Source of the DNA: an uncultured bacterium
GTDB lineage: Bacteria > Patescibacteriota > Minisyncoccia > Phycocordibacterales > PALSA-1337
Assembly: GCA_963701025.1 (NCBI GenBank)
Contig: OY969557.1
Coordinates: forward strand, 298,405-362,404
Direction of reading: 5' to 3'
Length of the DNA: 64,000 nt
The notes below the pieces were generated by a model. It worked only from the letters and a program-made list of their open reading frames with translations, had not been told where the DNA came from and did not search any database. Positions 1-9,118 of the stretch are shown one piece after another. Both the position numbers and the translations under genes were made by a program. Positions within the stretch are counted from its first letter, which is position 1. Each line of letters starts with the position of its first letter.

Positions 1-175
1 GGCTTCGATATGGGCTGTTCAATGCGGCCTTCGAATTGGTCCTTGTCGAATCTAGGCAGATTTCGTGAGTCGATCAGGATCTCATCGGGATCGATATCAC
101 GGTATCTCCGCTTTTTCCAAGAGAATGGCATGAGGATATGGTATCACGATGGCAGTAAGGATGATGGACTGGACA

Positions 176-436
176 TCACATTCTCACCAATTTCTTCAAA
201 AAACGGATCGCTAGGAATAGAATCACCGCGGTGATCGTTCCAGCATACTCTTTCCACCCAAGTCCGGGAACCATGCCAAAAATGGCGTCATAGGCGAGCC
301 CAGCTAGAATGATCTCAAAGAAATGTCTAAAGAGCCAAGAGCCGATGAGGGCGCAGACTACCGCCACCGGCCACCAGCCGTTCAATAGGGCGATGACTAA
401 GACGATGTCGACCAGTATCCTAAGAGCGATTTTCAT
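176..436 (-). CDS. mreD: Putative rod shape-determining protein MreD, a small polytopic membrane protein
   Basis: An 86-108 aa hydrophobic ORF lies immediately downstream of mreC on the same strand, matching the conserved mreBCD order. It has no diagnostic motif and its start is ambiguous, either the internal Met (MKIALRIL) or the longer form to 502. Confidence 0.4.
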   Translation of the reverse strand: MKIALRILVDIVLVIALLNGWWPVAVVCALIGSWLFRHFFEIILAGLAYDAIFGMVPGLGWKEYAGTITAVILFLAIRFLKKLVRM

Positions 437-447
437 ACGGGTGAATG

Positions 448-1350
448 TTATTTTTTGGCGGAAATCTTGACGCTCGTATCGGGAACCTCGACCAATACCC
501 ATCGGAGCTGGTAGATATTGACCGGCGGGGCGAATAAGACGGTCTCGAACGGATTGGCCGGATCGGCTAATACGGCGCTTACAATGCCGAAAGGCGCGTC
601 GCTCAATGAGGAGTCGGAGACTGCATCGCCTTGGCTTATCTTTGACGCTTGAGGCACTTGGGCCTCGTATTGCCCGCCGCCGCGGCCGACGGCAGTGGCG
701 GGAACGTGTCCGGGACCGATAAGTATGGGATAAGTCTCTCCGGGTGAAGAAAACAAAATAACCGTGGAAGTTTGGCCGAGGATATCGGTAGTCGTGCCGA
801 TGAGAATATTACCGGGAGCGTAGACTCGGGCGCCCGAGGGGATGCCATAGTCATTACCGACGTCGATGACGAGCTCGTCGTACGGAGCGAACGGCGGGCG
901 CACCAATACCGCAGCAAGGATGCGGCCGGGGACGGCTTTCAGATATGCAGGCGCCGATGTAGACGTTGAAGACGCCGACAAAGCGTTCGATGACGCCATT
1001 ATTGTCGTCATAGCGGTAGTCGTCGCGATAGTTCGCCCAAGCATGGCCATGAATTCGGCATTGTCCGATTGGAGCGCTTGTACGGACTGATTCTCAACGC
1101 TCATGGCTATCAATTGGCGCTTTAGATCTTCGTTCTCCGCAAGCAAAGCCTGCGGAGAATCGAGGGAGCCGCTCCCGACAGAGAATTCAACGCGCCAAAA
1201 AGGCCGGACGACGGCGGTAAAGAGCCCGGATAGGAAACGCGGAGCAATAAGCTCGATCGTCGCGACGATGACGACAAGTACGCCACAGACGATCGCGATC
1301 ATCCGGATACGCGCGTCCCTCGGCCGCTTACTTGTTCGAATATACATCAT
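448..1350 (-). CDS. mreC: Rod shape-determining protein MreC
   Basis: A basic N-terminus is followed by a single TM (MIAIVCGVLVVIVA), a coiled-coil segment and the MreC beta-domain. It lies directly downstream of mreB with a short overlap, and the start was chosen at the Met cluster near 1350. Confidence 0.8.
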   Translation of the reverse strand: MMYIRTSKRPRDARIRMIAIVCGVLVVIVATIELIAPRFLSGLFTAVVRPFWRVEFSVGSGSLDSPQALLAENEDLKRQLIAMSVENQSVQALQSDNAEFMAMLGRTIATTTAMTTIMASSNALSASSTSTSAPAYLKAVPGRILAAVLVRPPFAPYDELVIDVGNDYGIPSGARVYAPGNILIGTTTDILGQTSTVILFSSPGETYPILIGPGHVPATAVGRGGGQYEAQVPQASKISQGDAVSDSSLSDAPFGIVSAVLADPANPFETVLFAPPVNIYQLRWVLVEVPDTSVKISAKK

Positions 1351-2398
1351 CTTCGCTTTCGAGGAGCACACTCCGGTATTTGTCTAGATCTTCCAGAATG
1401 ACACCCGCGCCGCGGGCGATGGCGGTCAGAGGGTCTTCGGCCACAGTCACGGGTATGTTCAGAGTCTCACGCAGAAGGTCATCCAGACCCTTGATGAGCG
1501 CGCCGCCGCCGACTAGGTGTATGCCACGCTTCATGATATCGGAGAGGATCTCCGGCGGCGTCGTCTCCAGAGTCTCGCGGGCTGATTCGACGATACTCTC
1601 GATGGAGCTCGCCATGGCCTCACGGATATCAGAGTCGGTGATGACGACCTCGCGCGGAAGGCCGGTTATGAGGTCGCGGCCGCGGATGGTCGTCTCGACG
1701 GATTCCTTGGGCATGACGAGCCCCACGTCGATCTTGACCTGTTCTGCCGTCGTCTCGCCGATCAGTATTTTGAACTCGTTGCGGATATAGGAAATGATGT
1801 CGTTATTTAGCTTATCCCCGGCTATCTTCAGGTTCTTCGAGCGGACGATGCCACCCAGGGATATGACTGCGATGTCGGTCGTGCCGCCGCCGATGTCGAT
1901 GACCATCGAACCGACCGGTTCGTGAATAGGCAGGCGTATACCTATGGCCCCGGCCATGGGCTGTTCGACGATATAGACCTCGCGGGCTCCGGCGTTCTTG
2001 GTGGCGTCGCGCACGGCTCTAACCTCGACGTTGGTGACGCCTGAAGGCACGCCGACGACCACTCGCGGCCCGAGGAATTTCTTTGGCAGATATTCATTGG
2101 CCCGCTTCATGAGATAAGAGAGCATCTCTTCGGTCACTTCGAAGTCAGATATGACGCCGTCGACGAGCGGGCGCACGGCGATGATGTGGGCCGGCGTGCG
2201 ACCGAGCATGTCCTTGGCCGCGGCACCTACGGCTACGACCTGGCCTGTCTTTTGGTTGACCGCTACGACTGACGGTTCGTTCACTACGATGCCTTTGCCG
2301 CGGACGTAGACCAGGGTGTTGGCCGTGCCTAGGTCTATACCGATGTCATTGGAAAAACGGCCGAGGAGCTTGTCTTTATATTCCTTGAAGGAAGGCAT
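1328..2398 (-). CDS. mreB: Actin-like rod-shape protein MreB
   Basis: At 356 aa it has the MreB N-terminus GIDLGTANTLVYV and nucleotide-binding motifs (DIGGGTTD), and it is full length. Confidence 0.95.
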   Translation of the reverse strand: MPSFKEYKDKLLGRFSNDIGIDLGTANTLVYVRGKGIVVNEPSVVAVNQKTGQVVAVGAAAKDMLGRTPAHIIAVRPLVDGVISDFEVTEEMLSYLMKRANEYLPKKFLGPRVVVGVPSGVTNVEVRAVRDATKNAGAREVYIVEQPMAGAIGIRLPIHEPVGSMVIDIGGGTTDIAVISLGGIVRSKNLKIAGDKLNNDIISYIRNEFKILIGETTAEQVKIDVGLVMPKESVETTIRGRDLITGLPREVVITDSDIREAMASSIESIVESARETLETTPPEILSDIMKRGIHLVGGGALIKGLDDLLRETLNIPVTVAEDPLTAIARGAGVILEDLDKYRSVLLESEDDVYSNK

Positions 2399-2932
2399 AG
2401 TACATACACACTATCACAAATCAAAAAAGGGGGTAATTGACATATGGGGGCAAGATGTGGTAGTCTCATTTCAGATAGTGGATCCTGTAGGAGACGCTTT
2501 GTTGTTGGACAAAGCTGATGGGGAAAAAACCGAAGGTCTTTGTGGTGGTTTAGGACTGGGGTGCGTTAGTGCTCTCTTGACATTTGTTTTGTCAATTGGA
2601 GTTTTTCTGAAGTCTGCGACTGAAGCCACTATGATGTGTTTCGGGGTAATGGCCATAGTATTGAAACGCCTTCAGGACATCTCTTGGAAAAGAACAGAAG
2701 CCAGGAAAACCAGAGATGAGTTATTGCTGAAGTGGAAAACCTTATCTGGCCTCTTGCTTAATTTGCCAAGCAAGCATGAGTTGTTTGAAAATAAGCCGAC
2801 CATGGCGAACGCGAATTAACGACCAAAAGTTGTCATATTCTCAATTCAACAAATCCCGAGCAGACAGCTGTTCGGGTATTTTTAATATTTATGGCGACGG
2901 AGAGAGGACATCCCCTGGCAGACCACCACTTT

Positions 2933-2958
2933 TAAAATCTTGCTGTAACAAGATTCCC
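2933..2958 (-). terminator. Second near-identical hairpin plus T-tract, a tandem copy
   Basis: It has the same ATCTTGCTRTRACAAGAT palindrome as 3005-3030, followed by TTTT on the minus strand. Confidence 0.35.
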
Positions 2959-3004
2959 GCGAAATCAGCCACGATTTTTCAACGTATAATCCCGAATTCT
3001 GCGG

Positions 3005-3030
3005 AAAAATCTTGCTATGACAAGATTTTC
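3005..3030 (-). terminator. Hairpin (ATCTTG-N6-CAAGAT) plus T-tract downstream of proS, likely an intrinsic terminator
   Basis: Read on the minus strand, a perfect 6-bp stem with a 6-nt loop is followed by TTTTT, about 55 nt past the proS stop. Confidence 0.4.
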
Positions 3031-3087
3031 AAACAGGGGTACAGTGAGGAACATGTCCGTACCCTCATTGCCGATTTTTCCACACCA

Positions 3088-4374
3088 TCAAAGCGCCTTC
3101 AAAGAAAGTATCTCTACCTTCCCCGTCAACCTGTCTTTGACCTCGATAGAGCCGCCTTCGGAAGCGCCAGTTGCCAAAGTCTTCTCGCTTATGACATATC
3201 TCTTGGGAATGCCGATGAGGTCAGAATCTCCGAATTTTTCGCCAGCCGAAACATCACGATCGTCATAGAGGACTTCGATGCCCTTCTCCGTCAATTTCCT
3301 ATACAGATCATCCGCGGTTTTCTTGACGATGCCACCCGCGGCGCCCGAGCTATTCGCGCCGCCGGCCTTCTCTTTTTCGAAAAGCGCGACGAGATGCACG
3401 GCGAAAGGCGCGACGGTCTCCGGCCAGACCAATCCTTTGTCGTCGGCGTGTATCTCGACGATGGTACCCATGACTCGGCCGGGACCGATGCCGTAACTGC
3501 CCATGAAGACAGGCCGTATCTTCCCCGCTTCGTCTTTGTAATTCAAACCGAGGGCCTCGGAAAAGCGGGTACCCAGAGTGAAAATGTTGCCGACTTCGAT
3601 CGCCTTGTGTTCTTTAAGCTCTGATTTCTTCATACCGATATCCTTGAGAATCTCATCCGTAAGGACTTCCTTATTCACGGCAAGATCTGTTCCTTGCTTT
3701 ATATAAATAGTATCTTCTCCTGAACCACAGATCGTCTGGAACTCATGCGAGTATTTTGAGAATGATCCACCCGAAGCGAACGTAATATATGTCTGACTTC
3801 CAAGACCTAACCGATCAAAGATTTTCCTATATGCTTCTTTCGCTTTGACATAAAATCCAGCATGTGCCTCTTCACCCACATTGAACGAATACAGATCCTT
3901 CATCAAAAATTCTCTGCCCCGCAATATGCCGGACTTGGCCCGCTCTTCATTGCGGAACTTCGTCTGGAATTGATAGACCGCCTTGGGCAGATCGCGATAC
4001 GAGCGGACATGATCTTTCATGAGTGCCGTCAGCGGCTCTTCGTGGGTAAAGCCGAGGCCGACATCGCTCCCATTCTTGAGCTTCGTCTTGAACCAATTAT
4101 CGACGGCTTTGTCATCCCAACGACCGGTTGCTTCCCAAACTTTCTTGTCCTGCAGAGCGGTCAGATGGACCTCCTGCCCGCCGATCGCGTTCATCTCCTC
4201 GCGGATGACGCCGACGATCTTGTTGAGCACCCGCAAGCCGAGCGGCAGATACGAGTAGACGCCGGCCATTTCCTTGTGTATATAGCCCGCGCGGATGAGA
4301 AGCTGGGCGTTCTTTGCCACTTCGTCCTTTGGTGCTTCGCGGCGGGTCTTGGTGAAGAGATTGGATTGGCGCAT
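3088..4374 (-). CDS. proS: Prolyl-tRNA synthetase (short bacterial/archaeal-like form)
   Basis: At 428 aa it carries class II aaRS motifs and ProRS signature regions (LPLGLRV, FRNEERAKSGILRGREF), plus a C-terminal anticodon-binding domain. Confidence 0.95.
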   Translation of the reverse strand: MRQSNLFTKTRREAPKDEVAKNAQLLIRAGYIHKEMAGVYSYLPLGLRVLNKIVGVIREEMNAIGGQEVHLTALQDKKVWEATGRWDDKAVDNWFKTKLKNGSDVGLGFTHEEPLTALMKDHVRSYRDLPKAVYQFQTKFRNEERAKSGILRGREFLMKDLYSFNVGEEAHAGFYVKAKEAYRKIFDRLGLGSQTYITFASGGSFSKYSHEFQTICGSGEDTIYIKQGTDLAVNKEVLTDEILKDIGMKKSELKEHKAIEVGNIFTLGTRFSEALGLNYKDEAGKIRPVFMGSYGIGPGRVMGTIVEIHADDKGLVWPETVAPFAVHLVALFEKEKAGGANSSGAAGGIVKKTADDLYRKLTEKGIEVLYDDRDVSAGEKFGDSDLIGIPKRYVISEKTLATGASEGGSIEVKDRLTGKVEILSLKAL

Positions 4375-4398
4375 ATTGTCTTGAATGATAGCGCAAAA

Positions 4399-5472
4399 TC
4401 ATCCTTTGACAAACCTAACGATATCCTTATATGTGACCGCCACCATAAGGATCATGAGCAAGGCGAAGCCAACCATATTCACGGTATTGGTGAACTTCGG
4501 AGATATGCGCCGACGGATGACGCCTTCGATGAGAACAAAGAGGATGCGCCCGCCGTCCAAAGCCGGGAAAGGGATGAGGTTGACGATGGCCAGATTGATG
4601 GAGATGAGGGCCGTTACCATAAGCAAATAAGTGAAGCCTAGCTTGGCGGCGCTACCCACGATACCGGCTATACCGACAGGTCCGGCTATATCGGAGAAAT
4701 CGGCTGTGCCGTGGAAGATGTTAGCGATGAAAGAATACAAGCCCACGGCGGTCTCCTTGATCATTATGACGGTGTAGTGGCCGCCCTCATAGACGGCTGT
4801 AAAGAATGGCAAGCGCATGTCCACGACGCTATCCATAGCGATACCTATGGCATATTTGTCTGGAACGATGCCTTGGACGGGTATGATATTTGCAGTCTCC
4901 GGCGTGCCTCCTCTATCGTATGCGAAGGTCAATGCTTTGCCGGCGCTTGCATCTATGCTTTTTTGGATGGCGACAATGTCCTGGCCGGGAAGCACGTCTC
5001 CCGCCATGAGACCCGCTTTTGCCGCCGGCGAACCAGGCAGGACATCAGTGACCATGATCCGTTGGTTGGAAAAGTCATCGGCGTATTTCTCGAAGCCGTC
5101 TGCCGTGGCCGTCACGCCGTGAGCGAACAGTCCGGCATACAGGACCCAAGCAAACAGGACGTTGAAAAAGACCCCTGCCGCTAGGACCATGATCTGCTGG
5201 TAGCGCGGCTTGTTGACAAAGCTTCTCTTTGCGTCGGGACCGAGGATCGAATCCGCATCCGGATTCTCGCCATGAATCTTTACGTATCCTCCGAAGGGAA
5301 TCAGATTGACGCCATATTCAGTTTTATCAAATTTCCAAGCGACAAGCTTAGGCCCGAAGCCGATCTTGAAGGCATCCACCCGTATGCCGCATATGCGCGC
5401 GAACACGAAATGCCCTAGCTCATGCACGAAGATGAGGACCGCAAGTACTATGAGAAAGATTATGACGGTCAT
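4399..5472 (-). CDS. rseP: RIP metalloprotease RseP (site-2 protease)
   Basis: It has an HELGH zinc motif in the first TM, a PDZ domain and the C-terminal LDGG motif. Confidence 0.9.
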   Translation of the reverse strand: MTVIIFLIVLAVLIFVHELGHFVFARICGIRVDAFKIGFGPKLVAWKFDKTEYGVNLIPFGGYVKIHGENPDADSILGPDAKRSFVNKPRYQQIMVLAAGVFFNVLFAWVLYAGLFAHGVTATADGFEKYADDFSNQRIMVTDVLPGSPAAKAGLMAGDVLPGQDIVAIQKSIDASAGKALTFAYDRGGTPETANIIPVQGIVPDKYAIGIAMDSVVDMRLPFFTAVYEGGHYTVIMIKETAVGLYSFIANIFHGTADFSDIAGPVGIAGIVGSAAKLGFTYLLMVTALISINLAIVNLIPFPALDGGRILFVLIEGVIRRRISPKFTNTVNMVGFALLMILMVAVTYKDIVRFVKG

Positions 5473-5508
5473 TTCTTAGGTCAATTAGACTAATTAGAAA
5501 TTAGGTAA

Positions 5509-6078
5509 TTAGCCTAATATCTCCTTCTCTTTCTTGCTATACGCCTCGTCCAATTTTTTATTCGCTTCATCGACGATCTTCTGTGTTTCGCCCTTGAGCC
5601 GGAATATCTCGTCCTTGCCGATGCCGCCGGCCTTCTCTTTGGCGCCGAGATCCTTGATGACGCCGTCGCGGTGGCTCCGCACTTGCTTCTTTGCGTCCTC
5701 CATCTTTGCCTTGGCCATCTTGGCGATCTCCACGCGGCGGTCGGCGGTCTGATCCGGAAAATTCACCCGCAGGCCCTGATCATCGACAACGACGGAAAGC
5801 CCGAGGTTGGCGGCGATGATGCCTTTCTCTATGTCCTTGATCTGGCCCTTATCCCACGGCATGATTCGCAATGTCCTGGCGCCTTCAATCATGATCGAGG
5901 CTACCTCTTTTAGTCCCAGTGGGGAGCCGTAGACTTCAACGCGAACCGCGTCGAGGATATTCGGCGAAGCTTGGCCTGTGCGGATCTGCTGGAACTCTTT
6001 TTTGATCCAGTCTTCGACGCCGGCTATCTGTTTTTTGAACGGATTGAAATCGTAAGCCATGGGAAAAGTATAATACAC
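5509..6078 (-). CDS. frr: Ribosome recycling factor
   Basis: At 189 aa it aligns along its whole length with RRF (LDAVRVEVYGS, RTGQASPNIL). Confidence 0.95.
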   Translation of the reverse strand: MYYTFPMAYDFNPFKKQIAGVEDWIKKEFQQIRTGQASPNILDAVRVEVYGSPLGLKEVASIMIEGARTLRIMPWDKGQIKDIEKGIIAANLGLSVVVDDQGLRVNFPDQTADRRVEIAKMAKAKMEDAKKQVRSHRDGVIKDLGAKEKAGGIGKDEIFRLKGETQKIVDEANKKLDEAYSKKEKEILG

Positions 6079-6091
6079 CGACAGTATAGCA

Positions 6092-6835
6092 CTAAATATT
6101 CAGCGCCATATATTCGAGAAGCATCTTCATGGAGGGCGACCGGTCATTCATGTATTTCCGAGCAAGTGCGATAGCTTCCAGGGCGTGGCGATTTTTCTTG
6201 ACACCTCCTTTCGCGTAGGCGGCCGCTTCAATCGCGTTTATAAGATCTATGGCGTCCTGCTTGATCTTCCTCCCCTGCCTGCTCATGCCTGCCGGCAGGC
6301 CGGCGACAGGCAGATCTTTGGCGATGGCGTTCATGAGGGATTTGATCGTCTCAAGGCGCTTGGCGACGGGCGCTTTCAGGAAATCGTCGGCTTCTTTCAT
6401 TAGATCGGCGTCACTACAGCCAACGGTAGTGTCTATCATCGAAAGCCGCGACTTCACGGTCGGCAAGAGCAGATGAGCCGAAGGAATGATCAGGAAAATA
6501 TGCGCGTATTCCGGCGGCTCTTCCAAAAGCTTGAGCAAAGCGTTTTGCGCCTCGACCGTGATCCCGTTCATCGTCAGGATGAATATCTTCGTGCCAGCGG
6601 CGGTATCCTTCTTGTCGGTATTCATCGTCGGCCTTGTCATGGCAAGGGCCTTCAGTTCGCGAGCATCGTCAATAGTGAAAACTTGGTACGTCCTGTCGAA
6701 AAAATCGGGATTGCCGCGCGTCTTCACCTTATGCTTCTTCCCCAATGACAAAATCAATCCGGCTCGCGCCGAATCGCCGCCGATCAGGCAATAAGCATGG
6801 TGGGAAAGAAAGTCAGGATATATAATCGATGACAT
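6092..6835 (-). CDS. holB: DNA polymerase III delta-prime subunit-like (AAA+ clamp loader, degenerate P-loop)
   Basis: It has the HAYCLIGG start typical of delta-prime, a sensor-1 like TVKSR and a degenerate Walker A. The start was chosen at the internal Met (MSSIIYPDF). Confidence 0.65.
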   Translation of the reverse strand: MSSIIYPDFLSHHAYCLIGGDSARAGLILSLGKKHKVKTRGNPDFFDRTYQVFTIDDARELKALAMTRPTMNTDKKDTAAGTKIFILTMNGITVEAQNALLKLLEEPPEYAHIFLIIPSAHLLLPTVKSRLSMIDTTVGCSDADLMKEADDFLKAPVAKRLETIKSLMNAIAKDLPVAGLPAGMSRQGRKIKQDAIDLINAIEAAAYAKGGVKKNRHALEAIALARKYMNDRSPSMKMLLEYMALNI

Positions 6836-6923
6836 GGATAAATTGTACTCTCTTATGCGACATGCTACCATATGGGCGCTTCCCCTTGATATATTTTATA
6901 GATAAAGACGTCAATATACATCG

Positions 6924-8456
6924 ATGTTTTCCAAATTCCTCGAACATAAGATCACCCTCGCGATCGCCGCCGCGCTATGCGTCATCGTGGCCAGCGGTTC
7001 GGCCTATTTCCTATTCTTTCCGCAAAAACACGTCCTTACCAACGCGACCGCCCGAGTCATGACCATTCAAGAGACGGTTTCGGTCGATGGCACGGTCGAT
7101 GCCGATCAGCATGTCTCGTTGTCGTTCAAGCAAAGCGGATTTACCATGGCCGTAAACGTAAAGACCGTCGACGTCAAAGTCGGAGACGCGGTCAAAACGG
7201 GCGATACCCTAGCCACCGTCGATTCCGGAACTCTGCCTGCCCAGCTCCTCGGCGCCGAAGCCGACGTACAATCGGCGGGGGCCAATGTCACCGCCCTGCA
7301 AAAAGGCGCCACTCCCCAGACGATTGCGGTCTATGACCAGAATATATCGACTACCCAGTTGGCTTTGGCTACCGCGGTCCGCGACGCCTACTTGAAGATC
7401 CAGGATGCCCTGCTCAACAAAGCCGGCTCCCTTTTCTATAACGATACCAGCGCCAACCCGACGCTCTCCATACCGATCGATTCATCTCAAACTGGCCTCG
7501 CTATCAATAACGCCAGAGTCGACATGACAAGCCGTATGAGCGACTGGAATTCCTTGCAGAATGCGTCGGCGACCGGTGATGCCACACTAGCCGAAGTCAC
7601 CGGCGACATAGCCGCCGTGAAAAGCTTCATCGATTCCCTTTCATCGGCCGTCAACCGGCTAACCACGAGCAATTCAGGCATGACCCAAAGCGCCATAAAC
7701 GCCGACATGACCGCTATCAGCGGTGCGGCTACTGAAGTCAACGGTGCCGAAACCGAATTCAACTCCTCTTTGCAAGCCTACAAGACCGCCGCCGACCAAC
7801 TGAACGTCGTGCAGGCCTCAAGCACGGAGGAATCACTGGAGATTGCCGAAGCCGGCTTGGCCAAGGCCCAGGCGAACGTCTCCTCCATCCAAAGCCAGAT
7901 CGCCGATACGATCATGACGGCGCCGTTCGACGGCATCGTCGCCAGCGTCAATCCGAAAGTCGGCGAGAGCTTCCCCGTCGGGGCGCCGGCTATCGACGTC
8001 GTCAGCGCCGGCGCGTATAAGATAGACATGATGATACCAGAAAACGAAGTCGCGGCGATCGCCCCCGGCGACTTGGCGTATGTGACCTTCGACGCCGGAG
8101 ACGGCTTGACGGCCACCGGCACGGTGTCTTCGATCGACCTGTCAGAGACGGTGACGAACGGCGTCGGCGCCTACAAGGCCACGGTCTATCTCTCCGGCTC
8201 CGACCCGCGCATTCGCAGCGGAATGAGTGCGACCGTCACGGTGAACGGCACTTCCGCCGAAAATGTAGTCGCCGTCCCGGCAAGCGCCATCATCACCAAG
8301 AGCGACGGCTCGTACGCATTGGTCTTGAACAAGACGACCGGTTCATATATGGAAAGGAAGGTCGTCACGGGCATATCGGACGGCACTTGGACGGAGATAG
8401 TATCCGGTATCCAGGTCGGCGAAGTAGTGGCGGCTTTCGGCGACAGCGGCCAGTGA
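6924..8456 (+). CDS. HlyD/MacA-family periplasmic adaptor (membrane fusion) protein with a long Ala/Ser/Thr-rich coiled coil
   Basis: It has an N-terminal TM, a lipoyl-like half (VKVGDAVKTGDTLATVD), a long alpha-hairpin, a beta-barrel and an MP domain. Confidence 0.7.
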   Translation: MFSKFLEHKITLAIAAALCVIVASGSAYFLFFPQKHVLTNATARVMTIQETVSVDGTVDADQHVSLSFKQSGFTMAVNVKTVDVKVGDAVKTGDTLATVDSGTLPAQLLGAEADVQSAGANVTALQKGATPQTIAVYDQNISTTQLALATAVRDAYLKIQDALLNKAGSLFYNDTSANPTLSIPIDSSQTGLAINNARVDMTSRMSDWNSLQNASATGDATLAEVTGDIAAVKSFIDSLSSAVNRLTTSNSGMTQSAINADMTAISGAATEVNGAETEFNSSLQAYKTAADQLNVVQASSTEESLEIAEAGLAKAQANVSSIQSQIADTIMTAPFDGIVASVNPKVGESFPVGAPAIDVVSAGAYKIDMMIPENEVAAIAPGDLAYVTFDAGDGLTATGTVSSIDLSETVTNGVGAYKATVYLSGSDPRIRSGMSATVTVNGTSAENVVAVPASAIITKSDGSYALVLNKTTGSYMERKVVTGISDGTWTEIVSGIQVGEVVAAFGDSGQ

Positions 8457-8493
8457 TATCGGCCAATAGATAATAATAAATGAACCAACGCAT

Positions 8494-9105
8494 ATGAAAT
8501 TCTCATCGCGCAGTATCATCGTCATCATTCTCATCGTCGCGGCCATCGGCGGCGCGATCACGGCCTACCTCATCTATGCGGATCGCACGGTCTATATCGA
8601 TAGTTCCGATATCGAGGCGCCGGAGATAGACCTGGCCGCCACGGCTCCCGGTATGCTGAATGACATGTTCGTAAAAGCGGGAGACACGGTGGCCGCCAAC
8701 GAGGCCGTCGCGCGCGTCGGCGACGAGCTCGTCACGAGCAAGATAGCCGGATTGGTCACTAAAGCCGACGCCGTCGTCGGAGAATCTTACGCGGCGGGAC
8801 AGACTGTAGTCGCCATGATCGATCCCGGCCAGTTGCGCGTGGTCGGCCATCTCGACGAGAACAAGGGCCTGGACCGTATCCGCGTCGGACAGTACGCCAC
8901 ATTCACCGTCGACGCGTTCGGCTCCAAGCAATATACCGGCATCGTCGACGAAGTGAGCCCCGAAGCCCGCTCCGGCGACGTCGTCTTCACCATATCCGAT
9001 AAGCGCCAAGAACAGGTCTTCGACGTCAAGATCCGCTTCGACACGGCCAAATATCCGGAATTGAAGGACGGCATGTCCGCCAGGATATGGGTCTCTGCGA
9101 ACTGA
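8494..9105 (+). CDS. Compact HlyD/EmrA-like adaptor protein
   Basis: It has an N-terminal TM and a biotin-lipoyl-like motif (VKAGDTVAANEAVARVGDE), but lacks the long coiled coil. It lies directly upstream of an EmrB-type MFS transporter. Confidence 0.7.
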   Translation: MKFSSRSIIVIILIVAAIGGAITAYLIYADRTVYIDSSDIEAPEIDLAATAPGMLNDMFVKAGDTVAANEAVARVGDELVTSKIAGLVTKADAVVGESYAAGQTVVAMIDPGQLRVVGHLDENKGLDRIRVGQYATFTVDAFGSKQYTGIVDEVSPEARSGDVVFTISDKRQEQVFDVKIRFDTAKYPELKDGMSARIWVSAN

Positions 9106-9118
9106 ATACAATCGCCAT

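Noticed and set aside
2316-2819. 167-aa plus ORF between mreB and proS
   Set aside because: Its 5' part overlaps the mreB start. Only a possible about 60-aa hydrophobic tail (MMCFGVMAIV...) could be real, and there is insufficient support.
2776-3624. 282-aa plus-strand ORF
   Set aside because: It is entirely antisense to proS and the adjacent intergenic spacer. It has no motifs, while the proS frame carries clear aaRS signatures.
3862-4641. 259-aa plus-strand ORF
   Set aside because: It is antisense to proS/rseP. It is a high-GC open-frame artefact.
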